A stretch of 64,000 nucleotides of DNA from positions 128,001-192,000 of the forward strand of contig CAWJGT010000009.1 in assembly GCA_963842525.1 (NCBI GenBank), given 5' to 3'. This DNA comes from an uncultured Holophagales bacterium. Lineage in GTDB: Bacteria; Acidobacteriota; Thermoanaerobaculia; Multivoradales; UBA5704. Positions 31,996 through 41,387 of this stretch are shown piece by piece. The notes under the pieces were generated by a model, which worked only from the letters and a program-made list of their open reading frames with translations, was not told the origin of the DNA and did not search any database. Each line of letters begins with the position of its first letter. Positions within the stretch are counted from its first letter, which is position 1. The position numbers were made by a program, and so were the translations under genes.

Positions 31996-32205
31996 AGGCG
32001 TGCTGCACGCACGCGCTGGCAAGAGATAAGGGCCGAGCTGGCCCGGGATCCGCGTCCCTTCCGCCAACTCTCTCCAGAGGAGCGGCGCGATCGGCTGCAC
32101 CGGCTGCAAGGAATCGGCCGGGGTCTCCTTTCCTCGAGCGAAGAATTCGCACGCCGCAAGGCCAAAGAGATCGAGAGCGAGGAGCGGAAGTTTGCCCGCT
32201 GACGC
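31996..32205 (+). repeat. Near-identical copy of 35260-35469 (3' half of an antitoxin gene)
   Basis: Direct sequence match from AGGCGTGCTGCACGCACGC to TTTGCCCGCTGACGC. Confidence 0.9.
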
Positions 32206-32234
32206 CGCGGCTGGCACCAATCCGGGCCGATCTC

Positions 32235-32655
32235 GCGGCTTCCACCTGTCCATGATGGACAGTCGGTCCCGGTCTTTCGCTGTCCACCGGACCAGGACGG
32301 ACTGTCCGCCTTGATCTGGCGCCTTCCACCGGTCCGCGGTGGACGGTTACTGCCGGTTCTGGCGCCGCCACCAGACCAGGTCGGACAGTTCACGCTGAGA
32401 GAGGGACAGTGCACGTCCCGGCAGGGACTGTCCGACCTGCACCGGGATCTGTCCGACCTGCTCCAGGAACAGTCCGACCTGCGGCAAAGACCGTCCGACC
32501 TGCGTCAGGAACCGTCCGACCTGCGGACGAGACTGTCCGACCCGCACGGCCAACTGTCCGACCTGCGGGAGAGACCGTCCGTGCCGCAGCCCCAACTGTC
32601 CATGGACCACGGCGGCGAGCGACAGGATCAGGGCGGACTGTCCGTCTTGAAGGTC
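32235..32655. repeat. 21-bp-period repeat, core (C/T)GTCCGACCTGC
   Basis: About 8 clean units at 32428-32600 (heptad xSDLxxx) plus degenerate units upstream. Confidence 0.8.
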
Positions 32656-32709
32656 AGGATGGGGGCCGGTCCTTGTCCGCGGCGGCGGTCGGAGGATAGG
32701 CTCTCGGAA

Positions 32710-32880
32710 CGAGGCAGCCAAGCTTCCCGAGAAGAACCAAGATGCGCTCGGTTCCTTGCTGCCCGACGAGATTGAGGTGGAGCGGCGACGGGAAGATCAG
32801 ATCTCTGGAATGCCGTGGCCAGAGATCCGAGAGCGCTATCCACACCAGTGGCTGGTGCTCGAAGCCGCGGAGGCGCACTC
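32710..32880 (+). repeat. ~170-bp segment present three times (also ~35698-35868 and ~35904-36069)
   Basis: GAGGCAGCCAAGCTTCCCGAGAAGAACCAAGATGC...GAGCGCTATCCACACCAGTGGCTG in all copies. Confidence 0.9.
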
Positions 32881-33070
32881 CTCGGGAGGGCAGCGGATTC
32901 TCGAGAGCCTCACCGTCCTTGAAACATGCCCGGACGGGCTCTCCGCCATGAGGAGATACGGAGAGATCCATGGTCAAGACCCTCATCGGGAGCTATACGT
33001 CCTGCACACAGATAGGGAGACCGTGGAGATCGAAGAAGTCCACTGGGCTGAAATCCGGGCGGCCTCTTGA
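32809..33070 (+). CDS. Small protein (DUF5678-like) paired with an aspartyl protease
   Basis: MPWPEIRERYPHQWLVLE...ELYVLHT; overlaps the next start. Confidence 0.6.
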
Positions 33071-33445
33071 AAATCCGGTTGGAGGATGGGCTTCCATTCG
33101 TCACGGTCAAGCTTGGCCGGGGCGCAGAGGAGCTGGTGCTGGAGCGGGTTCTCCTCGATACCGGCTCTGCCGCCACGGTGTTCGCAGTTGATGAAATCGC
33201 CACTCTGGGAATCGTCCCCGAGCCAGCAGATCGAGTCCGTCGCGTCGTCGGAATCGGCGGTATCGAGCTTGTCCTCTCCAAGCGCATCGAGAGCTTGGCG
33301 CTTGGAGACATCCAGGTGCGAGACTTCCCGATTCAGATTGGAGCAATGAAGTAAGGCTTTCCCCTTCAGGGGGTTGTTCGGCACCGACTTCTTGTCCAAG
33401 CCCGGGTTGTCCTGGATCTCGGCCTCTTCGAGGTTTACCCGAGTT
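33067..33445 (+). pseudogene. Retropepsin-like aspartic protease with premature stop at 33352
   Basis: LLDTGSA, GIGG; GTDFL motif continues after the stop. Confidence 0.75.
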
Positions 33446-33587
33446 CCTCCGGCCGCAGCCCCATGTGAGCGGTTGGCCTTTAGCGCGGCCGCACGACCCG
33501 AAGCTGTTCGGCTGGCACCTCCGCTGGGGTAGGATTGGAGTGCAAGTGGCAAACGGATAGCACGGCGTCGACGAGAGCCCGGCGGTG

Positions 33588-33720
33588 CGGGCGATCATGC
33601 CGCCGAACGGTCGGCACCGAGCCGGACTTCGCGGCTCGCGTAGACCAGCGCGAGGCCCATCAGGGCGAGCAAGCTCGCGGCGGCAGGCGGATGAAGAATC
33701 CCGGCAGCCAGCCGCCGAAG
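33588..33720. repeat. Chimeric copy of exuT pieces (39822-39920 plus 40461-40494)
   Basis: Direct sequence match. Confidence 0.85.
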
Positions 33721-33819
33721 AGTGGGGGAACCGTCAATCCATGTCGAACGTCATCCGAAAGGATGACACAGATGCCGGCTCGCCGCAATCCGATCGACAG
33801 ATCGTGGTATTATCCAGGC

Positions 33820-34440
33820 ATGCTGGCCGAACGTCGCTCTGTCGCTGACCCCCTCGATCGAATCGGCTCTGGAAGCACGCCGATGGTCGAAGGAGTCTCC
33901 CGACGGTTGTTCACGAGCGCCGAGTACCACGCGATGACCGAGGCCGGCATCCTCTCGGAGGACGAGCGGGTGGAGCTCATCGCGGGGGAGATCGTGAGGA
34001 TGGCGCCGATCGGGAGCCGGCATGCGGGATGTGTCAAACGGCTGAACAGAAGGCTCTCGCGCCTGGGGGATCGAGCTCTGGTGTCCGTCCAGGATCCGGT
34101 GGCCCTCGGTCTGTCCGACGAGCCCGAGCCCGATCTGGCGATCCTCCGTCCTCGCGCAGACGACTATTCGCAGTCCCATCCTGCTCCAGCCGACATCCAC
34201 CTCGTCATCGAGGTGGCGGACTTCAGTCTCGCGTACGATCGCGATGTCAAGATTCCTCTATATGCCCAGGCAGGAATCCCGGAGGCGTGGCTCGTCAACC
34301 TTCCCCAGCATGTCATCGAGATCTATCGGGATCCCGCCGCCAACGGCTATCGTGAAGCCCGGGTCCTCCACCCCGGCGACCGCCTGTCCCCACAAGCTTT
34401 TCCGGATTTCGAGCTGACGGTCGAGATGATTCTGGGTTGA
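33820..34440 (+). CDS. Uma2-family endonuclease
   Basis: RVELIAGEI, EPEPDLA, LVIEVA, K..LYA.AGIPEAWLV. Confidence 0.92.
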   Translation: MLAERRSVADPLDRIGSGSTPMVEGVSRRLFTSAEYHAMTEAGILSEDERVELIAGEIVRMAPIGSRHAGCVKRLNRRLSRLGDRALVSVQDPVALGLSDEPEPDLAILRPRADDYSQSHPAPADIHLVIEVADFSLAYDRDVKIPLYAQAGIPEAWLVNLPQHVIEIYRDPAANGYREARVLHPGDRLSPQAFPDFELTVEMILG

Positions 34441-34446
34441 GGAAAG

Positions 34447-34523
34447 CCCCATCCGGCCGCCGGGAAGTCCAAGATCGTCCACCTTCCCGTCGCCGGTATC
34501 GTCGCGGGCCCCTTCGGCATCTT
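34447..34523 (+). repeat. Dispersed ~75-100-bp element, copy 1 of 4 (also 57648-57727, 58913-58983, 59781-59880)
   Basis: CCCATC..CCGCCGGG.GAGTCCAAGATCGTCC.CTTCCC core shared by all copies. Confidence 0.85.
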
Positions 34524-34603
34524 CTGGGGGGACGCCTGTTGGGGGGCTCTTGGGGGGCTCGCATGGGAGAGCGTCCGACCGGTTGATCTTGTAGAGTTCG
34601 CCT

Positions 34604-34990
34604 ATGACCGAGGAGCCGAGGAAGAAGCCGGCGAAGGCGAAGCCGGTCCCGACCGCTTCTGAGCCTGCCGCTCCCGAAGACAAGCACTGGGAGCTGTCCA
34701 AGGCCCAGATCCGTGAGATCGAGCGCCGCGTCCGCGACATCGACGACCCCCGGCGCTTCGTGCTCGCGAGCGAGTTCCTGCCGAGTTTCGTCCTCTACTA
34801 CGACGTGAGCAACAACGTCTACGTGATGAACCACCTCTCCGCCGCGACCGTCTTCAAGAAGAGGAAGGCCGCGGTGGCGATTAAGACCCTGCTCGGCAAA
34901 GGGGTGCGAATCGTCGAGTGCCTGAAGCTGAAGAGCGGCAAGCTGAAGCGCGTGACGCCTGTTCGAGGGCGAAAGAAGAAGCCGGCCTAG
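34604..34990 (+). CDS. Hypothetical Lys-rich protein
   Basis: Strong GC3 coding bias; no family recognised. Confidence 0.65.
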   Translation: MTEEPRKKPAKAKPVPTASEPAAPEDKHWELSKAQIREIERRVRDIDDPRRFVLASEFLPSFVLYYDVSNNVYVMNHLSAATVFKKRKAAVAIKTLLGKGVRIVECLKLKSGKLKRVTPVRGRKKKPA

Positions 34991-35109
34991 TTGGCGAATG
35001 GGTGCGCTGGCGGGGCGGCCCTGCCCCACAGGCTGCGGTGGTAGACTAGGCGCAGATTCGCCGGCCATGGACTTTCCGTCGGCGACCGGTCGATCAGGAG
35101 AAACCCGCG

Positions 35110-35466
35110 ATGGCGACACACCAGATCGAAGTGGTGATTCCGGAGGACCGGCGCCTCGTCGTCGAAGTTCCCGAGACGGTCCATGCGGGGCCCGCGACGC
35201 TGATCTTCGTTACGCCCTTCGAAGGCCCGGCGGAAGCCGAAGAGCTGCCGGAAAGCGCGAGGCGTGCTGCACGCACGCGCTGGCAAGAGATAAGGGCCGA
35301 GTTGGCCCGGGATCCGCGTCCCTTCCGCCAACTCTCTCCAGAGGAGCGGCGCGATCGGCTGCACCGGCTGCAAGGAATCGGCCGGGGTCTCCTTTCCTCG
35401 AGCGAAGAATTCGCACGCCGCAAGGCCGAAGAGATCGAGATCGAGGAGAGGAAGTTTGCCCGCTGA
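35110..35466 (+). CDS. Putative antitoxin upstream of vapC
   Basis: AGGAG RBS; C-terminal LSSSEEFARRKAEEIEIEE; overlaps the PIN gene. Confidence 0.65.
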   Translation: MATHQIEVVIPEDRRLVVEVPETVHAGPATLIFVTPFEGPAEAEELPESARRAARTRWQEIRAELARDPRPFRQLSPEERRDRLHRLQGIGRGLLSSSEEFARRKAEEIEIEERKFAR

Positions 35467-35690
35467 CGCTGTCTACGTCTTCGATGCCTGCGCTATGATT
35501 GCGCTTCTGCAAGCGGAAGCAGGAGCGGGCGTGGTGACCGACCTCCTGCAAGAGGAAAACCGATGCCTCGTGCATGCGATCAACGTCTGCGAGGTCTACT
35601 ATGACCTGTACCGCCGTGACGGCGAAGAGATCGCGAACGGCGTCAAGGAGGTCCTCGAGGGCTATGGTTTCGAGGTGGTTGAGGAAAAGG
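35456..35690 (+). pseudogene. vapC: VapC PIN toxin, truncated by the tandem 170-bp repeats
   Basis: YVFDACAMIALL..E.G, AINVCEVYY; C-terminal half absent. Confidence 0.75.
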
Positions 35691-36065
35691 CCTTTGACGA
35701 GGCAGCCAAGCTTCCCGAGAAGAACCAAGATGCGCTCGGTTCCTTGTTGCTCGACGAGATTGAAGTGGAGCGGCGACGGGAAGATCAGATCTCTGGAATG
35801 CCGTGGTCAGAGATCCGAGAGCGCTATCCACACCAGTGGCTGTTGCTCGAAGCCACGGAGGCGCACTCGACGACGTGCCGAAGCTTCTCCAGGAGGCCTT
35901 TGATGAGGCAGCCAAGCTTCCCGAGAAGAACCAAGATGCTCTCGGTTCCTTGTTGCTCGACGAGATTGAAGTGGAGCGACGACGGGAAGATCGAGAGCTC
36001 TGGAATGCCGTGGCCAGAGATCCGAGAGCGCTATCCACACCAGTGGCTGTTGCTCGAAGCCACGG

Positions 36066-36124
36066 AGGCCTCTTATGCGGCGCGTAGGAGCCCTAAAAGG
36101 CTGTTGCTCCTCGTAGCTGTAGCC
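36066..36124 (+). other. attI-like head site of cassette array 2
   Basis: Aligns to 8607-8663 (CTTAT.CG..GCGTAG.AGCCCTA...GCTCCTCGTAGCTGT); core G-TAGCC is one T short of GTTAGCC. Confidence 0.55.
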
Positions 36125-36154
36125 GGAAGGATTTTAGCTCTGGAGGACGCGAGC

Positions 36155-37141
36155 ATGCGTCTATGTACGGTATCTCTCATACTGGCGGCGTCGTTTCTAG
36201 GATCTGCGGCCAGTGCACAATCTCCGAAGGAAAAGGCGGAGAACCTCGGTACATGCCTTTCTGGTCAATATCCGAGTCTGTGTCGGCACGAATGGCTCTC
36301 TCCCGAGGACTTGCGTCGGACGAAAGAGGCAGAGCGGCTGCAGAACCTCGAGACCTGTCTGAGTGGCCTCTATCCGAGCCTCTGCAAGCGCGACCTCCTC
36401 TCTGCCGAGGAGCGCGTGCGAGCCGACGCTGCAGAGCGTCGTGAGAACCTGAAGACCTGTCTGGCAGGCACGTATGCGAGTCTTTGTAAGCACGCTCTAC
36501 TCTCGCCAGAAGAGCGGCTGAAAGTCGCGGAAGCTGAGCGGCTAGCGAACCTCAACACCTGCCTCGCTGGGCAGTATCAATCTCTCTGTGACCATTCGAA
36601 GCTTTCTTCAGAAGAGTTGAGTCGTGTGCGCCAAGCTGAGCGGAATGCTGTTACCTCCGAGAAGCGGCAGCCAAGCAGTCAACGTCAACCCTCTCGCGCG
36701 GAGCGAGCCTGCGAGTACGGCCACTGGATCGAAACCGTTTCGGATGATGGCGAAGTCATCGTACTCGAAAACGGAAGTGTTTGGGAAGTTGATTCCATCG
36801 ACACTGTGACGTCTTCGCTTTGGCTGCCAGTTTCTTCCATTCTTATTTGTGATGGTCGGCTGATCAACACTGACGACAACGAAGTGGTTTCTGCCGAGCA
36901 GATTTCGGGTGACTCCTCGTTGGGTGGAACTGGGTCGAGACGCCGCTATGAAGTTCAGGCATCCTCCGATGACGAAACCTTCATCATTAACGGTGAGGTC
37001 TTCAAAGCTAAGACGTACTGCTTTGGCATCTCGAAAGGGGACGAAGTGGTCTTCATCGAGGGAAATGCAAATGGCGCTTGCGCCTCAGCAGCATTCGTCG
37101 TCCTTCGCAGCTCTAGAGAGTGTGCTGTGTGGTGCGAATAA
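36155..37141 (+). CDS. Cassette-borne secreted protein with four 34-aa Cys repeats and two small beta-domains
   Basis: GGAGG RBS, signal peptide, (NLxTCLxGxYxSLCxxxxLSxEExxRxxxAER)x4. Confidence 0.8.
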   Translation: MRLCTVSLILAASFLGSAASAQSPKEKAENLGTCLSGQYPSLCRHEWLSPEDLRRTKEAERLQNLETCLSGLYPSLCKRDLLSAEERVRADAAERRENLKTCLAGTYASLCKHALLSPEERLKVAEAERLANLNTCLAGQYQSLCDHSKLSSEELSRVRQAERNAVTSEKRQPSSQRQPSRAERACEYGHWIETVSDDGEVIVLENGSVWEVDSIDTVTSSLWLPVSSILICDGRLINTDDNEVVSAEQISGDSSLGGTGSRRRYEVQASSDDETFIINGEVFKAKTYCFGISKGDEVVFIEGNANGACASAAFVVLRSSRECAVWCE

Positions 37142-37174
37142 CCTCGCTGACAGGGTCGTGGCGGCCTTACGGGC

Positions 37175-37235
37175 GGCTAACATGGTCGGATGAGCGGACA
37201 TCTGAAGCCGCCGCTCACCTCCAGCAGCATTACGC
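37175..37235 (+). mobile_element. Degenerate attC site
   Basis: R'' GGCTAAC, TGAGCGG/CCGCTCA inner arms, R' ATTACGC (G>A). Confidence 0.65.
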
Positions 37236-37257
37236 GTCCTTGGTATAGGTTGGAACA

Positions 37258-38064
37258 ATGGTAAACCGCGAGATTCCCAGCGACGATCTCATACGACTTA
37301 CAGATTCGCACTTTGCGGCCCTCCTTGCAGGCTCTATGCCCGAGGTATGGTTCACGGGTAGCGCAGCTCCCCAACATCCTTGGGGTACAATGACCTTCAT
37401 AAGGTATGGCGAACGTGTCCTCGGAATCACCTGTAACCATGTCGTTCAACATGCCGAGAATACTGAGTTCCCCGCGTTCATGCTGGCACTTGGGCGACAC
37501 ACGCCACTCACAGGTCCCTTGGTGGCGCGTTCAAACAACGACGATCCTGACTACCCTTTTGACATTGCGGTGTTCGAATTAGATGCGGACCAGCTGGAGC
37601 GAGCCGGCAAAACTCCCTTGCTACTGGACGATATATCGACCCCACTCCAAGAAGGAGAAATCGCGCTGGCTGTGGGCTTTCTGGGGTATGCTAGGTTGAA
37701 AGTTGATGAGCAGTACATGACTCACAAAACTTGCTATATTTCCGCGACATGCCACTCTTCCTCATCTCGTAAATTTATACTTTATGAACAACACCCGAAT
37801 CAGCCGCATGACTTCAGCGTCGGGGGGATGAGCGGTGGGCCAATCTTCCGGATCACCTCCTCGGAGAGCTTTTCTCTTGCCGGCATCATCTTTGAAGGCA
37901 AGGCCCGAGCTGACGCAGAGCATGGCTGTAGCATCGAGGATCTCTGGATATGGGGTTTTCCACTCAACGACAATCTGCTTCGGGATATTCTAGAGCACCG
38001 TGGCGTACCGTGTAACACGCCGACGCACCGGACACCTGGGCTCGCGCCCAGGCGCAGGAGATAA
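37258..38064 (+). CDS. Cassette-borne trypsin-like serine protease
   Basis: ITCNHV, DIAVF and GGMSGGPIF catalytic triad motifs; low GC. Confidence 0.75.
   Translation: MVNREIPSDDLIRLTDSHFAALLAGSMPEVWFTGSAAPQHPWGTMTFIRYGERVLGITCNHVVQHAENTEFPAFMLALGRHTPLTGPLVARSNNDDPDYPFDIAVFELDADQLERAGKTPLLLDDISTPLQEGEIALAVGFLGYARLKVDEQYMTHKTCYISATCHSSSSRKFILYEQHPNQPHDFSVGGMSGGPIFRITSSESFSLAGIIFEGKARADAEHGCSIEDLWIWGFPLNDNLLRDILEHRGVPCNTPTHRTPGLAPRRRR
38010..38055 (+). mobile_element. Truncated attC (left half only)
   Basis: GTGTAAC ACGCCGACGCACCGGAC + CCTGGGC/GCCCAGG hairpin, cut off at GATAAGTGCC. Confidence 0.5.
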
Positions 38065-38206
38065 GTGCCGGCGGCGCCGGCGATAAGTGCCAGCCAAGTC
38101 AAACTTCCTGCAGCGGCAATCGCAAAGTGGCAACTGGATCGAAGAGGCTCCCGACGAGTTCCTGTGCTCCCTGTTAGGGGACATCGCGCCAGAGATTTCC
38201 GCTATC

Positions 38207-38977
38207 ATGGCATTCGTCAAGGCGTACTTCGATGAGAGCGACAGGAGCAACGCTGGCGGATGCGACATCTTCGCCGTAGCTGGAGTGGTATTCACTCGCA
38301 AAGCGGTAGATAGGTTTATCTACAAGTGGCGAAAGATGCTTGGTCCCGTCAACTGCTTTCATATGGCGGATCTGGCGGCCCGGCAGGGAGAGTTTAAGGG
38401 CTTGAGTGAGGTTGAGGCGGGGACTCTACTGAAGGAAGCGGTAGCGATTTTGAACCGCTACCGCCTTGCGGTAGTCGCCTGCTCATGCAGAGTGTCAGAC
38501 TTTGAGGCGCTCAAGCGTGTTCGGTTCCGAGGATTCGACTCACCCTACGCGATCTGTGCAGAATCCTGCATGATCCAGCTCGGCAGTTGGCTCAACTCCC
38601 AAAAGAACTCACCAGAGGTGGCCTACTTCTTCGAGGCGGGCCATCGGCATGCTTCGGATGCACAGTGGCTTCTAGCTCGCATAAGCGAGCACGAAGTCAT
38701 CGAGAGAGCCTACCGTTATCGGAGCTATAAGTTCCTGAAGAAGGAAGACGCCGTTCCTTTACAGACGGCCGACCTTGTGGCCTGGGAATATGCAAAGTTC
38801 CAGGACGAGACAGCGCATCGTTCTGAGAGGAAAGCTCGCGCCTCGTATGTGGCCCTTGAGGGGGCCGACAAAGATAGTTTCCTCGTGCGCCATAGGGACA
38901 AGGCCGCTCTCCAGGAGCTGATGGACGTGATCCAGCTAGCCGCAGAAATACCGGAACCGGGTAGCTCTACGCCGTGA
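38207..38977 (+). CDS. DUF3800-domain protein
   Basis: AYFDES, FHMAD, FFEAG, PLQTADLVAW. Confidence 0.8.
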   Translation: MAFVKAYFDESDRSNAGGCDIFAVAGVVFTRKAVDRFIYKWRKMLGPVNCFHMADLAARQGEFKGLSEVEAGTLLKEAVAILNRYRLAVVACSCRVSDFEALKRVRFRGFDSPYAICAESCMIQLGSWLNSQKNSPEVAYFFEAGHRHASDAQWLLARISEHEVIERAYRYRSYKFLKKEDAVPLQTADLVAWEYAKFQDETAHRSERKARASYVALEGADKDSFLVRHRDKAALQELMDVIQLAAEIPEPGSSTP

Positions 38978-39323
38978 GCAGGTCTCGCATCGACCACGGT
39001 TTCCGAACAAGCGGATTCCTCCCGTAGGGAGGACGGTATAGCAGGTTACCGGGGATGGGGGCGGCCCCTGGGCGGCCACACTGAATAAGGACACGACCGC
39101 CCCACGGGGGCCATTGGGTTCCCTATCTGGCACCGAGCCGAACTTCGCAGCGCACGGCGATTCGTCGTCGCGTCCCCAGATTGGGGTAGCCGGCTCGTGG
39201 TGGAGGCGAAGGAAGGAGGTCGCTGCCCCTCTCCAGAGTCGCTGGTGTCCTATATGGCCACGCTTCCGTACTTCCTCCGTACGTGCTATCCTTTAGGCTG
39301 GTAAACGCTGAATGAGGTGCATC

Positions 39324-39617
39324 ATGCCCACTGCAACGAGCCAACATGACGAACGAATCGACCTGCGGGTCTCCGCAGACGTCAAAAGCCTCCTTTCCCG
39401 GGCTGCATCCTACAGCGGGATGTCGCTCTCAAGCTTTCTCGTGTCGACCGCGGCTGACCGCGCCAAGGAAGTCGTGGCCGAGCACGAAACCCTGACGTTG
39501 ACCCCCCGCGACTGGGAGGCCTTCCTGGCAGCCCTCGACGATACCGACCGGCCTCGGCCTCGCCTCGAGGCGGCCGCGCGCCAATATCTGAGTCAACGCG
39601 AGCGCGATGCCGGTTGA
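39324..39617 (+). CDS. DUF1778 (TacA-type) antitoxin; cognate GNAT toxin reduced to a few codons
   Basis: ERIDLRV..K.LL.RAA...GMSLSSF, L...DW.AFL.ALD. Confidence 0.88.
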   Translation: MPTATSQHDERIDLRVSADVKSLLSRAASYSGMSLSSFLVSTAADRAKEVVAEHETLTLTPRDWEAFLAALDDTDRPRPRLEAAARQYLSQRERDAG

Positions 39618-39828
39618 CTGGCGTGTCGAACCGCCGGAGATACCGGATCATCCCTTGACCCTGTGGTTGTTCCTGCCGGCACTCCGCAAGCTGTTCGAAT
39701 CAGCCTCGTCGAGCCTCTCCACAGGCCCGAATTCCCGATAGGTAGCGTACGCTGCTTCGAACGACTGCCTCACCGGCGTGCTCAGGTGCTACTCACCAGC
39801 CAGTTTGCACACCAAGAGAGGCGGGCGA

Positions 39829-41358
39829 TCACGCCGCCGAACGGGCGGCACCGAGCCGAACTTCGCGGCTCGCGTAGACCAGCGCAAGGCCCATCAGGGC
39901 GAGCAAGCTCGCGGCGGCAGCGCCACCGGCGGCAGCGGCGACGGAGCTTTTCGTCACCGACAGGATGTAGCTCCAGTTCGCGAAAACGAGCGCGGCGAGC
40001 GCGGCGCCCACGGCCATGAGCCCCAGCCCCATCGCGAGAAGCGCGGGGCTTTGCGCTGTCCGGAGGCCCTTGTCGAGGTCGATCTGCGTGATGTTCTTTC
40101 CCACCAGAGCGCGAATCGCGATCCAGGCGAGGGGATGCATGACACCGGCGAAGATGAAGAGCGGCTTGAAGCTCCCGAGCCACTGCAACATTCCGCCCGC
40201 GACGAGCAGCATGAGCATGCCGCCGATGCCGCCGCACATGCCGCCGAACCCGACGACCGAGCCGACGGCTCGATTCGGAAAAGCGTCGGACGCCACCGTG
40301 AACATGTTGGCGGACCACGCCTGATGACACGAGGTGGCGATGCTGATGAAGGCCACGGCCGTCCACAGATCGTCCGCCATCACGCCGAACGCCGAGATCG
40401 GGAGCCCGGCCGCGAAGAGCACCATCGTGGCGAGGCGGGCGCGCGTCGCGGACCAACCGCGGCGGATGAAGAATGCCGGCAGCCAGCCGCCGAAGATGCT
40501 GCCGAGATCGGCGGCGAGGTAGATGACGAGCAGCGCCCCGGCGGCCGAGGCGAGCGTCACGCCGCGCTCGCGCTGCAGGTACGACGGCAGCCACGTGAGG
40601 TAGAACCACCACACCGGATCGGTGAGCATCTTGCCGATGCAAAACGCCCACGCCTCGCGGTAGCGGAGCAGCGACTGCCAGGGAACGTAGAGCGCCTTCG
40701 CGGGCGGCTCCTGATCGCTGCGGATGAGCTGCGCCTCTTCGGCCGACAGGCGCGGATGCTCCTCGGGCGACCGGTACCCCTTCATCCACGCCGCGAGCCA
40801 GACGAAGCCGAGCAGGCCGATCGCGATGAACGTCGCCTGCCAGCCCCACGACACGGCGAGCCACATCATCGCGCCCTGCAACATGGCGCCAAAGTTCGTG
40901 CCGGTGTTGAAGATGCCCGTGGCGAGCGAGCGCTGCCGCTTCGGGAACCATTCGGCGACGGCCTTGACGCAAGCGGGGAAGTTGGTCGCCTCGCCCAGGC
41001 CCAGGAGGAACCGCGCGAGCGCGAAGCCGAGGACGGTCGTCGCAAAGGAATGAGCCATCGCCGCGAGGCTCCACACGAGCACGCCGATCGCGAGGCCGTT
41101 GCGCACGCCGACGCGGTCGAGGAGGCGTCCCGCGAACGGAAACATGGCGGCATACGAAAGCTGAAACGCGAAGTTGATCCACCCGAACTCCGCGTCGTCC
41201 CAGCCGATGGCGTCCTTGAGCAACGGCGCCATCGCGCCGAGCGAAACGCGGTCGACGTAGTTGATGAACGTGACGAAGAAGAGAAGCGCGCAGATGTACC
41301 AGCGGAGGCCACGGATCTTCGAAACGGCCTTGGTGGCGACGGCGACGGTCTCAGTCAT
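39829..41358 (-). CDS. exuT: Hexuronate MFS transporter
   Basis: LRWYIC.LLF..T.INYVDR, EWFPKRQR.LATGIFN.G, TDPVWWFYL.WLP. Confidence 0.85.
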   Translation of the reverse strand: MTETVAVATKAVSKIRGLRWYICALLFFVTFINYVDRVSLGAMAPLLKDAIGWDDAEFGWINFAFQLSYAAMFPFAGRLLDRVGVRNGLAIGVLVWSLAAMAHSFATTVLGFALARFLLGLGEATNFPACVKAVAEWFPKRQRSLATGIFNTGTNFGAMLQGAMMWLAVSWGWQATFIAIGLLGFVWLAAWMKGYRSPEEHPRLSAEEAQLIRSDQEPPAKALYVPWQSLLRYREAWAFCIGKMLTDPVWWFYLTWLPSYLQRERGVTLASAAGALLVIYLAADLGSIFGGWLPAFFIRRGWSATRARLATMVLFAAGLPISAFGVMADDLWTAVAFISIATSCHQAWSANMFTVASDAFPNRAVGSVVGFGGMCGGIGGMLMLLVAGGMLQWLGSFKPLFIFAGVMHPLAWIAIRALVGKNITQIDLDKGLRTAQSPALLAMGLGLMAVGAALAALVFANWSYILSVTKSSVAAAAGGAAAASLLALMGLALVYASREVRLGAARSAA

Positions 41359-41387
41359 GGCGTCCGAGCTCCTTGAGGCTGCGCTCC

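Noticed and set aside
35456-37141. 561-aa PIN-fusion protein
   Set aside because: Chance read-through of truncated vapC, two repeat copies and a cassette gene that has its own RBS and signal peptide
39001-39020. attC start after DUF3800 (TCCGAACAAGCGGATT)
   Set aside because: Only an R''-like word with no complementary arm
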